Shown: piece by piece, positions 46,492-55,178 of the stretch
How positions within the stretch are numbered: position 1 is the stretch's first letter
How the letters are laid out: each line of letters begins with the position of its first letter
Source of the DNA: an uncultured Pelagibacteraceae bacterium
GTDB lineage: Bacteria > Pseudomonadota > Alphaproteobacteria > Pelagibacterales > Pelagibacteraceae
Length of the DNA stretch: 64,000 nt
Direction of reading: 5' to 3'
NCBI GenBank assembly: GCA_902615445.1
Contig: CACMOQ010000001.1
Location: 86,025-150,024, forward strand
Translations under genes and position numbers: made by a program
The notes under the pieces: model-generated
Databases searched by the model: none
The model's input: the letters and a program-made list of their open reading frames with translations, nothing else
Told to the model about the DNA's origin: nothing

Positions 46492-46614
46492 AAAATCAGT
46501 ATTTTCTTGATTTATAACCTAAAAATCCCCCTAATATGAGCAATTTTAACACTTTAAATCTTCTTTATAATCGTTATGGTTTTCAGCAGTTATAACTAAA
46601 AAGGGAGAAGTATA

Positions 46615-46875
46615 ATGTCAAAACAAGAACAACACTGGGAAAAAACCAGAGGTTTGCTATTTATGACTTTAGCGATCTGGTTTGTATTCTCAATTGGCAT
46701 CTTCTTATTTGGAGCTGAAATGAACGAAGTAGGGGGACCATTTGGTTATCCGCTAACTTATTGGTTCACTTGTCAGGGTTCTCTTGGAATTTTCGTAATT
46801 CTAATTTTCTGGTTTGCGAATAGACAAGAAAAAATTGACGAAGAGTTCGGCTTTTCAGAAAGAGGAGATGACTAA
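46615..46875 (+). CDS. DUF4212-type small subunit of a sodium:solute symporter
   Basis: 86 aa with two TM segments and a strong SD (AAGGGAGA). Its stop shares 1 nt with the start of the large symporter gene, which is the classic DUF4212 / VC_2705 pairing. Confidence 0.75.
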   Translation: MSKQEQHWEKTRGLLFMTLAIWFVFSIGIFLFGAEMNEVGGPFGYPLTYWFTCQGSLGIFVILIFWFANRQEKIDEEFGFSERGDD

Positions 46876-48677
46876 TGATTAAAGGTAATTTTATAGACAA
46901 TTTACCTAAAGTTTATGGAATCTATACAGGTGGTTTTTTAGCTTTCATAATCATTATGTCGATTGCAGAGCAGATGGGTATGACTGCGAAAACAATTGGA
47001 ATTTGTTTCGTTGCTTTCACAGTAGCCATCTATGCTATTATTGGTTATCTATCACGAACAGCTCAAGCAGATGCTTACTACGTAGCTGGAAGACAAGTAC
47101 CAACCGTATTCAATGGAATGGCTACCGCAGCAGACTGGATGTCTGGTGCATCATTCGTTGCGATGGCAGGTGGTATTTACTTCAAAGGCTATGGCTACAT
47201 GGCACTTCTTGTAGGTTGGACTGGTGGATACGTATTAGTCGCATCATTATTAGCACCATACCTAAGAAAATTTGGTTGTTACACAGTTCCAGATTTTATT
47301 GGTACAAGATACGGTGGTAATTTAAGTAGATTTATGGCAGTGGTGGTTTTAACTGTTGCTTCATTTACTTATGTGACTGCACAAATCAACGCTACAGGTA
47401 CAATTGCATCTGTTGCCCTTGATATTCCATTTCAATACGCTGTATATGTTGGATTGATAAGTATCTTATTATGTTCAATGTTAGGTGGTATGAGAGGAGT
47501 AACTTGGACACAGGTTGCACAATATATAGTCCTAATCATAGCTTACTTACTTCCAGTATTCTGGATCAGTAACAAAATGGGTGCAGGTTTCTTCCCTCAC
47601 TTTATGTTAGCTGATGAAGTAGCTAGAATTGGTGAATTAGAACAACAGTATGGTTTTGTCAAAAACGCAGCTGCTGATCTAAAAACTGTACCAAAAGGAT
47701 TAGCTGGAATAACTAAAGCCCACTCAGCAGTAAACGCTACACCTTGGGCATTTATTTCATTAGCATTAGCGATGATGATGGGAACAGCATCATTGCCTCA
47801 TGTGATGATGAGATATTTCACTACTCCAAGTGTAAAAGCAGCAAGAAAATCAGTAGGTTGGTCGTTATTTTTTATCTTCCTACTTTATTCTTCTGCGCCG
47901 ATGTTAGCGACACTATCTAAATTGTCATTGATTGATCCATCATTACCGACTGGTATTATTGGTAAATCAATTGCAGAAGTTCAATCGATAGATTGGTATC
48001 AAAACTGGAACCAAGCAAACTTAATGTTTGTAAGCGACTTTAACGGAAATGGAACTCTTGAATTAAACGAGTTTTTCATGGGTGGTAAAGCCGTAGTGTT
48101 AGCAACTCCAGAGATTGCGGGATTACCATATGTAATCTCAGGTCTAGTTGCTGCCGGAGGTATGGCTGCTGCCATGTCTACAGCCGATGGTTTGATTCTA
48201 GCAATTGCAAACGCTATCTCACACGATGTTTACTATAAAATCATCGATCCAAAAGCTGAGACTGCGAAAAGACTGGTCGTTGCAAGGGTATTGCTTGTAG
48301 TAATCGGTTTTGCTGGAGCAACAATCGCAGCTCTTGAGATCCAAGGTATCTTAGGCTCAGTAATCTGGGCTTTTGACTTTGCGATGTCAGGTTTATTCTT
48401 CCCACTTGTACTTGGTGTATGGTGGAAGAGAGCTAACAAAGAAGGTGCTATTGCTGGTATGGCTTTAGGATTAATTTCTGGTGCTGCTTATCTAGTTTGG
48501 GTAAGAACAGGCGGAAGTGGATTCTTGGGTATTACACAGTTAACGTTTGGTATCTTCGGTTCTGCAGTAAGTTTAGTAGCTATGGTTGTTGTCAGTTTAA
48601 TGACTCAAGCACCAAGTGCTGCTACACAAAAAATGGTTGATAACGTCAGAGTACCTGCGGGTAAATCTGTTATCTAA
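46875..48677 (+). CDS. sodium:solute symporter (SSS family, VC_2705/ActP-related; probable monocarboxylate/acetate uptake)
   Basis: 600 aa with about 13-14 TM segments. It has the SSS pattern (YYVAGRQVP...ADWMSGASF) and lies in the acs neighbourhood. Confidence 0.85.
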   Translation: MIKGNFIDNLPKVYGIYTGGFLAFIIIMSIAEQMGMTAKTIGICFVAFTVAIYAIIGYLSRTAQADAYYVAGRQVPTVFNGMATAADWMSGASFVAMAGGIYFKGYGYMALLVGWTGGYVLVASLLAPYLRKFGCYTVPDFIGTRYGGNLSRFMAVVVLTVASFTYVTAQINATGTIASVALDIPFQYAVYVGLISILLCSMLGGMRGVTWTQVAQYIVLIIAYLLPVFWISNKMGAGFFPHFMLADEVARIGELEQQYGFVKNAAADLKTVPKGLAGITKAHSAVNATPWAFISLALAMMMGTASLPHVMMRYFTTPSVKAARKSVGWSLFFIFLLYSSAPMLATLSKLSLIDPSLPTGIIGKSIAEVQSIDWYQNWNQANLMFVSDFNGNGTLELNEFFMGGKAVVLATPEIAGLPYVISGLVAAGGMAAAMSTADGLILAIANAISHDVYYKIIDPKAETAKRLVVARVLLVVIGFAGATIAALEIQGILGSVIWAFDFAMSGLFFPLVLGVWWKRANKEGAIAGMALGLISGAAYLVWVRTGGSGFLGITQLTFGIFGSAVSLVAMVVVSLMTQAPSAATQKMVDNVRVPAGKSVI

Positions 48678-48691
48678 CTAATAAAATATTT

Positions 48692-48725
48692 AAAGGGGCG
48701 ATTAATTTCGCCCCTTTTAATTTCT
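48692..48725 (+). terminator. intrinsic terminator after the symporter operon
   Basis: Stem AAAGGGGCGA (48692-48701) pairs with TCGCCCCTTT (48708-48717) around the loop TTAATT, followed by T-rich sequence. Confidence 0.6.
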
Positions 48726-48749
48726 CAGTTTTTCCAATATAAATTTTAG

Positions 48750-49094
48750 ATGTCCGCTAATTTTCATCCTTTAGTTTACATAATTGATTACATACTTGGT
48801 GTTGTTATGTGGACATTAATTGGAAGAGTCGCAATGAATATTTTTCAAAGGGAAGACTCTCAATTTTTTTTTATGAGAGTATTTGTCAAATTTACCAATC
48901 CATTACTAAGACTTTTTAAACCATTAACCCCTGCGTTTATTATTCAACCGCTAGTACCATTGTATGTCGCATGGTTTTTTTTCATGATAAGATTTTACCT
49001 AATGCCCTGGATTTTAGGATATTCTGTCATGGGTATGTTATCTTTCCCACTTGAAAGTGAAATTTCTAGACAAATTTACCAATTTTTTAATTAA
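48750..49094 (+). CDS. YggT-like membrane protein
   Basis: 114 aa. The hydrophobic segments and the FTNPLLRLFKPLTP motif resemble YggT. This is the second such gene in the window. Confidence 0.5.
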   Translation: MSANFHPLVYIIDYILGVVMWTLIGRVAMNIFQREDSQFFFMRVFVKFTNPLLRLFKPLTPAFIIQPLVPLYVAWFFFMIRFYLMPWILGYSVMGMLSFPLESEISRQIYQFFN

Positions 49095-49132
49095 ATAATT
49101 TTTAAAAATTGATACTAATAAAAATGGTTTCA

Positions 49133-49792
49133 ATGAAAAAAATACAAATTTCACCATCAATCTTATCAGCTGATTTTAGCCAATTAGCAAATGAAATAAA
49201 GAGATTAGAAGATGGAGGTGCTGATATGATACATGTGGATGTAATGGACGGTCATTTTGTTCCTAATTTAACAATAGGTCCTCCTGTAATCAAATCATTG
49301 AAGAAACATTCATCAATTCTATTTGATGTGCATTTAATGATCTCACCAGTACATAAATATATAAAAGCTTATGCTGATGCAGGAGCAGATATAATTACAA
49401 TTCACCCTGAGGCTACCGATGATATTGATTCATCAATCTCACTAATAAAAGAATTAAATAAAAAAGTTGGGGTTTCTCTAAACCCTGAAACTAAAGTAGA
49501 TATAATTATTGAACATCTAGATAAAATTGATTTAGTTTTAATAATGAGTGTAAATCCAGGTTTTGGAGGTCAAAAATTTATGCCTGAAGTTTTATCCAAA
49601 ATTGAAGAACTTAAAAAACAAAGATCTGCAAAAGATTTAGATTTTGATATTGAAATAGACGGTGGAATAAATTTCGAAAATTCCAAAATAGCAATCCAAG
49701 CAGGAGCAAATATTCTAGTTTCGGGCACTACAATCTTTAAAAGTAATAATGGAGACATTAAGAAAAATATTGAATTATTAAAATCAAAATAG
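49133..49792 (+). CDS. rpe: ribulose-phosphate 3-epimerase
   Basis: It carries SPSILSADF, HVDVMDGHFVPN, MSVNPGFGGQKF and DGGIN. I start it at MKKIQISPS (ATG at 49133), not at the TTG at 49109. Confidence 0.92.
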   Translation: MKKIQISPSILSADFSQLANEIKRLEDGGADMIHVDVMDGHFVPNLTIGPPVIKSLKKHSSILFDVHLMISPVHKYIKAYADAGADIITIHPEATDDIDSSISLIKELNKKVGVSLNPETKVDIIIEHLDKIDLVLIMSVNPGFGGQKFMPEVLSKIEELKKQRSAKDLDFDIEIDGGINFENSKIAIQAGANILVSGTTIFKSNNGDIKKNIELLKSK

Positions 49793-49796
49793 ATTC

Positions 49797-51401
49797 ATGA
49801 TTTATATAAATCGTTTTTTTTTTGGTTTTTATAATCAATTAAGAAAATTTTACTTATATAGCGAAATTTACAACAAAAAAATTTCAAAATTTAATACCAA
49901 AGATTTAGTTTATAAACCTAGCCCTCACCTACTTTCATCAATTATTAAATACAATAAAAAAAAATTCAAAATTGAAAATTTCTCATTAAAAGAAATTTGG
50001 AACAATGAAAATATAAACGATAAAGAATTCAAAAACCTAAATAATTTTTATTGGTTTTTTAGTTTAGACCTAAAGTCCTCAAAAAAAGAAGTGCAATCAG
50101 TTATTTCAGATTGGATTAAGAGAAATTATAGTTACAATGATAAATGTTGGAGCTTTGATCTTATAGCTAAAAGAATTATTTCTTGGCTTTCAAATCATAA
50201 TTTGTCTTATGACGGAAGTGATCAAGATTATAAAAGTAATTTCAACAAAATAATTTTTAAACAAACGAACCATCTTATAAATGAGGTCAATAAATCCAAA
50301 ACGCTAGATGATAAATTAACCTGTTGTGCCTCAATTATTTTAGTCGGTCTTTGTTATCAAGAAAAAAAATATCTCTCTTTTGGAATATCTCTTCTAAAAA
50401 AGATAACAAAATTGTCTTTAGAAAATTCTGGATTTCCAAAATCTAGAAATATAAAGCAATTAATTTTTTACCTAAAATATTTTATTTTAATCAGAGAATG
50501 GTTCAAAGAGTCCCAAATTAGTGTACCTGAACATGTTGACGAAACAATTTATCTCCTTGGCCAAGGGTATGCTTTTATTTGGCAAAATACAGGTTCTGAT
50601 TTTTTGTTTAATGGTAATAATTTATCAAATAACCATGATTTCGATAATTATTTAAAAAAATTAGGTTATAAATTTAAAAATGATGATCAGGAATTTGGTG
50701 GATATACGATTTTAAAGAATAAAAAAACTTGCTTGATAATCGACTCTGGATCCTCTCCTGAGTATAAATTTTCTAAAGATTACCAGTCAGGAGTTTTATC
50801 GTTTGAAATAGTTTCTAATGGAAAAAAATTAATTAGTAATTGCGGTTACTATAAAAAGAATATCAAACTTAATAAGTTGTCAAAATCTTCGGCTGCCCAA
50901 AGTACATTAATAATTGATGATAGCTCCTCTTGTAAATTTATAAAAATTGACAAATCATTGATGTTGGAAAAAAGTATAAAAATTTTAAAAAAGGAAATTG
51001 TTTTTGAAAAAGATTATTGGAAAGTAAATTTTTCACACGATGGGTACTTAAAAAAATATAATTCTATTCATGAAAGGCAAATTGAATTTTATCCAAACAA
51101 AATGACTTTTATAGGGGTGGATAAAATAATTAGAAAAAAATCAAACTTTAATTATAAATTTGATATTAGATTTCATATGGAGCCAGGTGTTAAATTAATG
51201 AAAACTCAAGATAATAAAACAATACTAATAGAATTAGAAGATGAGGGATGGAGATTTACGTGTGATAATTATGATATAAATATTGATAATGGCTTATATT
51301 TCGGTAATAAAAATTTATATAGTGGAAATCAAAATATTTTTATCTCAGGAATTTCTAATAATTTAGAAGAAAATATAAAGTGGGAAATAAAACAAATATG
51401 A
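49797..51401 (+). CDS. heparinase II/III-like family protein (conserved alphaproteobacterial, function unknown)
   Basis: 534 aa. The family call comes from my memory of the rpe / heparinase-like / purH synteny in alphaproteobacteria and from the overall length and pattern. It overlaps purH at ATGA. Confidence 0.5.
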   Translation: MIYINRFFFGFYNQLRKFYLYSEIYNKKISKFNTKDLVYKPSPHLLSSIIKYNKKKFKIENFSLKEIWNNENINDKEFKNLNNFYWFFSLDLKSSKKEVQSVISDWIKRNYSYNDKCWSFDLIAKRIISWLSNHNLSYDGSDQDYKSNFNKIIFKQTNHLINEVNKSKTLDDKLTCCASIILVGLCYQEKKYLSFGISLLKKITKLSLENSGFPKSRNIKQLIFYLKYFILIREWFKESQISVPEHVDETIYLLGQGYAFIWQNTGSDFLFNGNNLSNNHDFDNYLKKLGYKFKNDDQEFGGYTILKNKKTCLIIDSGSSPEYKFSKDYQSGVLSFEIVSNGKKLISNCGYYKKNIKLNKLSKSSAAQSTLIIDDSSSCKFIKIDKSLMLEKSIKILKKEIVFEKDYWKVNFSHDGYLKKYNSIHERQIEFYPNKMTFIGVDKIIRKKSNFNYKFDIRFHMEPGVKLMKTQDNKTILIELEDEGWRFTCDNYDINIDNGLYFGNKNLYSGNQNIFISGISNNLEENIKWEIKQI

Positions 51402-52936
51402 TGAAAAGAATAAAATCTGCTTTAATTTCTGTATCAGATAAATCAAATTTAAAACCTTTACTGAAAATTTTGAAAAAAAATAAAATTAGATTAATTAGTT
51501 CTGGAGGCACATATGAAGCAATAAAAAAACTTAAATTTAAATGTTTAGAGGTATCAAATTTCACAGGCGCAAATGAAATTCTAGGTGGAAGAGTTAAAAC
51601 TTTACATCCAAAAATTTATGCTGGAATCTTAAATAAAAGAAAAAATAAAGCTCATACAAAAGAAATGAAATTAGAAAATTTTGAAAATATTGACTTGGTA
51701 ATTGTTAATTTTTATGAATTTAAGAATGTTATAAGAAAGACCAAAAACATTGATAAAATTATTGAACACATTGATATAGGTGGCCCAACTTTAGTTCGAG
51801 CTGCAGCAAAAAATTATAATGATGTTACTGTGATTTCTTCAACCGAACAATATTCGGAATTGATAAATGAATTGACGATCAACAAAGGATATACCTCTCT
51901 TAAATTTAGAGGGAAAATGTCTAGATTAGCTTTTGCTGAGACAGCTTTTTACGACTCCACAATATCAAATTATTTTAATGAAATTACTAATACTCAATTT
52001 CCAAAAAAAAAGATTATACATGCAAATCTAATTGAAAAATTAAGATATGGCGAAAACGCTCACCAGCAGAGTGCTATATATTCTCAAAAAGATAATCTAG
52101 ATTTAATAAAATTACACGGAAAAACATTGAGTTATAATAATTATAATGATGTCCTTTCAGCACTATCAATTACTAAAAGCCTTCCTAAAAATATAGGAAC
52201 TGTCATAATTAAACATGCAAATCCTTGTGGTGTATCAATTCTGAAAAGTAAATTAATAAGTTATAAATCTGCATTAGCATGTGATCCTTTAAGTGCTTTT
52301 GGTGGGGTTGTTTCATGTAATTTTAAAATTTCAAAATCAATAGCACTTGAATTAAACAAAATTTTTTTTGAAGTGATAATCGGCAATGGATTTGACAAAA
52401 GTGCAATTAAAATTCTTAAAACTAAAAAAAATCTTAGATTAATAGATGCATCTAATTTTTCCCTTAATAAAAGCTTTAAATTTAATTCAATTAATGCTTC
52501 AGTTCTTATTCAATCAGAAGATAATAAAATTTTTCTAAAGAAAGATTTTAAAGTAGTTTCAAAAAAGAAGCCAAGTAAGTTACAATTTGAAAATTTAATA
52601 TTTGCATTCAATATTTGTCGATTTGTAAAATCTAATGCGATAGTGCTTGCTAGTAATAAATCAACTGTAGGTATTGGATCTGGCCAACCTAGTAGAGTAG
52701 ATAGCTGTCAAATAGCAATAGATAAAATGAGTAAATTCATTAATACTGAAGATGACATTGTTGCAGCTTCAGATGCTTTTTTTCCATTTGTAGATGGTAT
52801 TGAAAAACTAGTTCAATCAGGTGTTTCGGCTGTAATACAGCCAGCTGGCTCGATAAGAGATAAGGAGATTATCAAATTTGCTAATTCAACTGATACAATT
52901 TTGGTTTTTTCCAAAACCAGACACTTTAGACACTAG
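51398..52936 (+). CDS. purH: bifunctional AICAR transformylase / IMP cyclohydrolase
   Basis: It carries ALISVSDK, GGRVKTLHP, IDIGGPTLVRAAAKN, KHANPCG and the C-terminal RHFRH. I start it at the ATG at 51398. Confidence 0.93.
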   Translation: MMKRIKSALISVSDKSNLKPLLKILKKNKIRLISSGGTYEAIKKLKFKCLEVSNFTGANEILGGRVKTLHPKIYAGILNKRKNKAHTKEMKLENFENIDLVIVNFYEFKNVIRKTKNIDKIIEHIDIGGPTLVRAAAKNYNDVTVISSTEQYSELINELTINKGYTSLKFRGKMSRLAFAETAFYDSTISNYFNEITNTQFPKKKIIHANLIEKLRYGENAHQQSAIYSQKDNLDLIKLHGKTLSYNNYNDVLSALSITKSLPKNIGTVIIKHANPCGVSILKSKLISYKSALACDPLSAFGGVVSCNFKISKSIALELNKIFFEVIIGNGFDKSAIKILKTKKNLRLIDASNFSLNKSFKFNSINASVLIQSEDNKIFLKKDFKVVSKKKPSKLQFENLIFAFNICRFVKSNAIVLASNKSTVGIGSGQPSRVDSCQIAIDKMSKFINTEDDIVAASDAFFPFVDGIEKLVQSGVSAVIQPAGSIRDKEIIKFANSTDTILVFSKTRHFRH

Positions 52937-53270
52937 TTTCTTTATCAATTTTTGCAGCCAATATAAAATCATTTTCAGATAAACCCTCAATCGCATGAGT
53001 TGTTATACTAATTTTTGCATAGCCCCATCCAAAGAGAATATCTGGATGATGTCCCTCAATTTCTGATATTTTTCCTACTTGATTTACAAAATTTTGACTT
53101 TCTAAAAAACTTTTAAACGTAAATTTTTTTTCTAGAAAGTAAATATTTTTTTCACCTTTAACAACTTCCCAGCCATCAACTTTTTTTTGATATTTATGAA
53201 TTTCTGAGATATCGAACGGCACTACTCCTCCCTCACATGGAACACATTTTTTATTTATCAAATCACTCAT
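52926..53270 (-). CDS. phhB: 4a-hydroxytetrahydrobiopterin (pterin-4a-carbinolamine) dehydratase
   Basis: 114 aa with the EGHHPDI motif and an N-terminal CVPC. It converges on purH with an 11-nt overlap. Confidence 0.85.
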   Translation of the reverse strand: MSDLINKKCVPCEGGVVPFDISEIHKYQKKVDGWEVVKGEKNIYFLEKKFTFKSFLESQNFVNQVGKISEIEGHHPDILFGWGYAKISITTHAIEGLSENDFILAAKIDKETSV

Positions 53271-53277
53271 AAATATC

Positions 53278-53352
53278 TGGAGCGGGCAAAGGGGGTCGAA
53301 CCCTCGACCTTCTCGTTGGCAACGAGACGCTCTACCACTGAGCTATGCCCGC
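53278..53352 (-). tRNA. tRNA-Gly (anticodon GCC), CCA encoded
   Basis: The reverse complement reads GCGGGCATAGCTCAGTGGTAGAGCGTCTCGTTGCCAACGAGAAGGTCGAGGGTTCGACCCCCTTTGCCCGCTCCA. It has a 7-bp acceptor stem, an anticodon stem TCTCG/CGAGA with loop TTGCCAA, and a T-loop TTCGACC. Confidence 0.92.
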
Positions 53353-53420
53353 AATAATATTATTATAATTAGTCATTTTTTTTAATTCAAGTAATATTAA
53401 ATGTGATATATTTACTTTGT

Positions 53421-54068
53421 ATGAAAAAAGAAGACTTGCCAAAAAAAATTGCAGTTTTTCCTTTAAGTAACTTTATTATTTTTCCAAAAACTACTGTTCC
53501 ATTAAATATTTTTGAACCTAGATACGTAGATATGATCAATGACAGTATGAAGTCAAATAAATTTATTGGCATGATACAACCGAAAAGCTCAAAGGAAGAA
53601 GATGATTTTAATCCAAAACTCTACGAAATTGGCTGTCTTGGAAAAATTATCAGTTTTAAGGAAACTGAGGATGGAAGATTTCTTATTGAATTAAAAGGTT
53701 TAATAAGATTTGAGACAAGAGAAGAAGTCGCTTCAGAAAAAAAATATAGAGAATTTAATGTAGATTATGAAAAATTTTTTGATGACCTTAACGAAAAGAA
53801 AGAAAATATTAAATTTTCTGATTTAGAATTAATTTTTAAGGACCTTAAATCCCTTTTTGAGAAAAGAGGATTTATAATAAACTGGAGCGCTCTAGAAAAA
53901 CAAAGTTTGGACGAAACAATCAATGCCCTTGCAATGGCCTCTCCTTTTACCTTAGAAGAAAAACAAGTTCTGTTAGAAGCAAAAAATCTTGATATAAGGA
54001 AAAATAAAATTTCTGAAATTTTAACAACTTATACTTTCGACCAATATAACAACACAACTATTCAATAA
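53421..54068 (+). CDS. LON-protease N-terminal (substrate-binding) domain protein
   Basis: It carries IAVFPLSNFIIFPKTTVPLNIFEPRY, the hallmark of LON N-domain proteins. I start it at the ATG at 53421. Confidence 0.75.
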   Translation: MKKEDLPKKIAVFPLSNFIIFPKTTVPLNIFEPRYVDMINDSMKSNKFIGMIQPKSSKEEDDFNPKLYEIGCLGKIISFKETEDGRFLIELKGLIRFETREEVASEKKYREFNVDYEKFFDDLNEKKENIKFSDLELIFKDLKSLFEKRGFIINWSALEKQSLDETINALAMASPFTLEEKQVLLEAKNLDIRKNKISEILTTYTFDQYNNTTIQ

Positions 54069-54077
54069 CGCTAAATA

Positions 54078-55148
54078 TCAAATCACTATTCCTTCATCTG
54101 CTAGTTTGGTAAAAAATTTATTTGCTATTTTATTATTAGCGAAGAGTTCAACAAATTTAGTTGATATGTTATTATTAATATTGCTTTCAGTATTGAAATA
54201 TTCATACACAAAATCAATCCCTTGTGAAAATATATAATTTTTATGTTTGCTCTTATTTTCAAATTCCTCACAAATTGAACTATCTAAGTTTAGGCCAAGA
54301 CTCATCTTAAAATCTATTATTTTTATCAAAGATTTAATATCTCTAATTGACATATTAAATCCTTGACCTGCCAAAGGATGTATCCTGTGGAGCAAATCTC
54401 CAAAAGCTAAAATGTTCTTATGATGATAAGATCGTAAATTACTTGATTGCAGCTTAAAACAGTTAATTTTATTTATTTTAACAATTTTATATCTGATATT
54501 AAAGTTTCTAATTAATTCAGCAATTTCAATTTTTCTATCTCCTTTAATTGAGTAAACAACAGATGTTTCTTTTTTAGAAATTGGCAAAAAGGCAATGGGG
54601 CCCTTTTTGGTAAATGTTTGTGTAGCAACGTTGTTATTTAATATTTTTTTGTGCTCAATAATTGTCGTATAAGCATAACTTTTATAATCTTTTTTAAATT
54701 TTTTATAAAAAAATTTTTTTGTTATTTTATTATTTGCCTCACAATTTACAATTAATTGATAATTCTTTTTAATTATCTCATAATTATCCACCCTTTTTTT
54801 AAATCTAAAAAATTTATTCTTCTTTAATTGTTTTACTAAATATGTATTTAGTTCGTGATTTTTGATAATAGAAAATAGCCTTTTTTTATCATTAAAATCT
54901 ATAATTTTTTTATTATTTAAATTTTCACTGTAAATTTCAATTTTATTTATGTCCCAAAGGAATTTTTCTATATTCAATATATTCTCATTAAAAAATTCTA
55001 TGTTGCTTTTTGATATTCCTAGTGTTCGAGATTTATCTTTTTTTTTATTATTATTACTTAAAAATACATCTGTTGATATACCTTTGTTAACCAAAGCTTT
55101 TGCCAAAGCTAAGCTGGTTAAGCCATTTCCTAGAATGCAAACTTTCAT
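54078..55148 (-). CDS. UbiH/UbiF/VisC/COQ6-family FAD-dependent monooxygenase
   Basis: N-terminal Rossmann fold (MKVCILGNGLTSLALAKAL) and AFGDLLHRIHPLAGQGFNMSIRD. I start it at the ATG at 55148, not at the TTG at 55187. Confidence 0.75.
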   Translation of the reverse strand: MKVCILGNGLTSLALAKALVNKGISTDVFLSNNNKKKDKSRTLGISKSNIEFFNENILNIEKFLWDINKIEIYSENLNNKKIIDFNDKKRLFSIIKNHELNTYLVKQLKKNKFFRFKKRVDNYEIIKKNYQLIVNCEANNKITKKFFYKKFKKDYKSYAYTTIIEHKKILNNNVATQTFTKKGPIAFLPISKKETSVVYSIKGDRKIEIAELIRNFNIRYKIVKINKINCFKLQSSNLRSYHHKNILAFGDLLHRIHPLAGQGFNMSIRDIKSLIKIIDFKMSLGLNLDSSICEEFENKSKHKNYIFSQGIDFVYEYFNTESNINNNISTKFVELFANNKIANKFFTKLADEGIVI

Positions 55149-55178
55149 AATAATTTTAATTTTAACAACAAAAATTAG

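Noticed and set aside
46536-46595. 19-codon upstream ORF (MSNFNTLNLLYNRYGFQQL) in the leader of the DUF4212/symporter operon
   Set aside because: It has no Shine-Dalgarno and a composition like the surrounding spacer. An ORF this short is expected by chance.
47003-47320. 105-aa same-strand alternative-frame ORF within the SSS symporter (and 48233-48439 antisense)
   Set aside because: The translation is W/R/C-rich nonsense, whereas the main frame gives canonical TM helices.
53278-53420. tRNA-Gly as a possible integration site for a genomic island
   Set aside because: The flanking genes are core (phhB/purH on one side, LON-domain and ubiH-like on the other). I saw no integrase, no direct repeat of the tRNA 3' end and no compositional shift.
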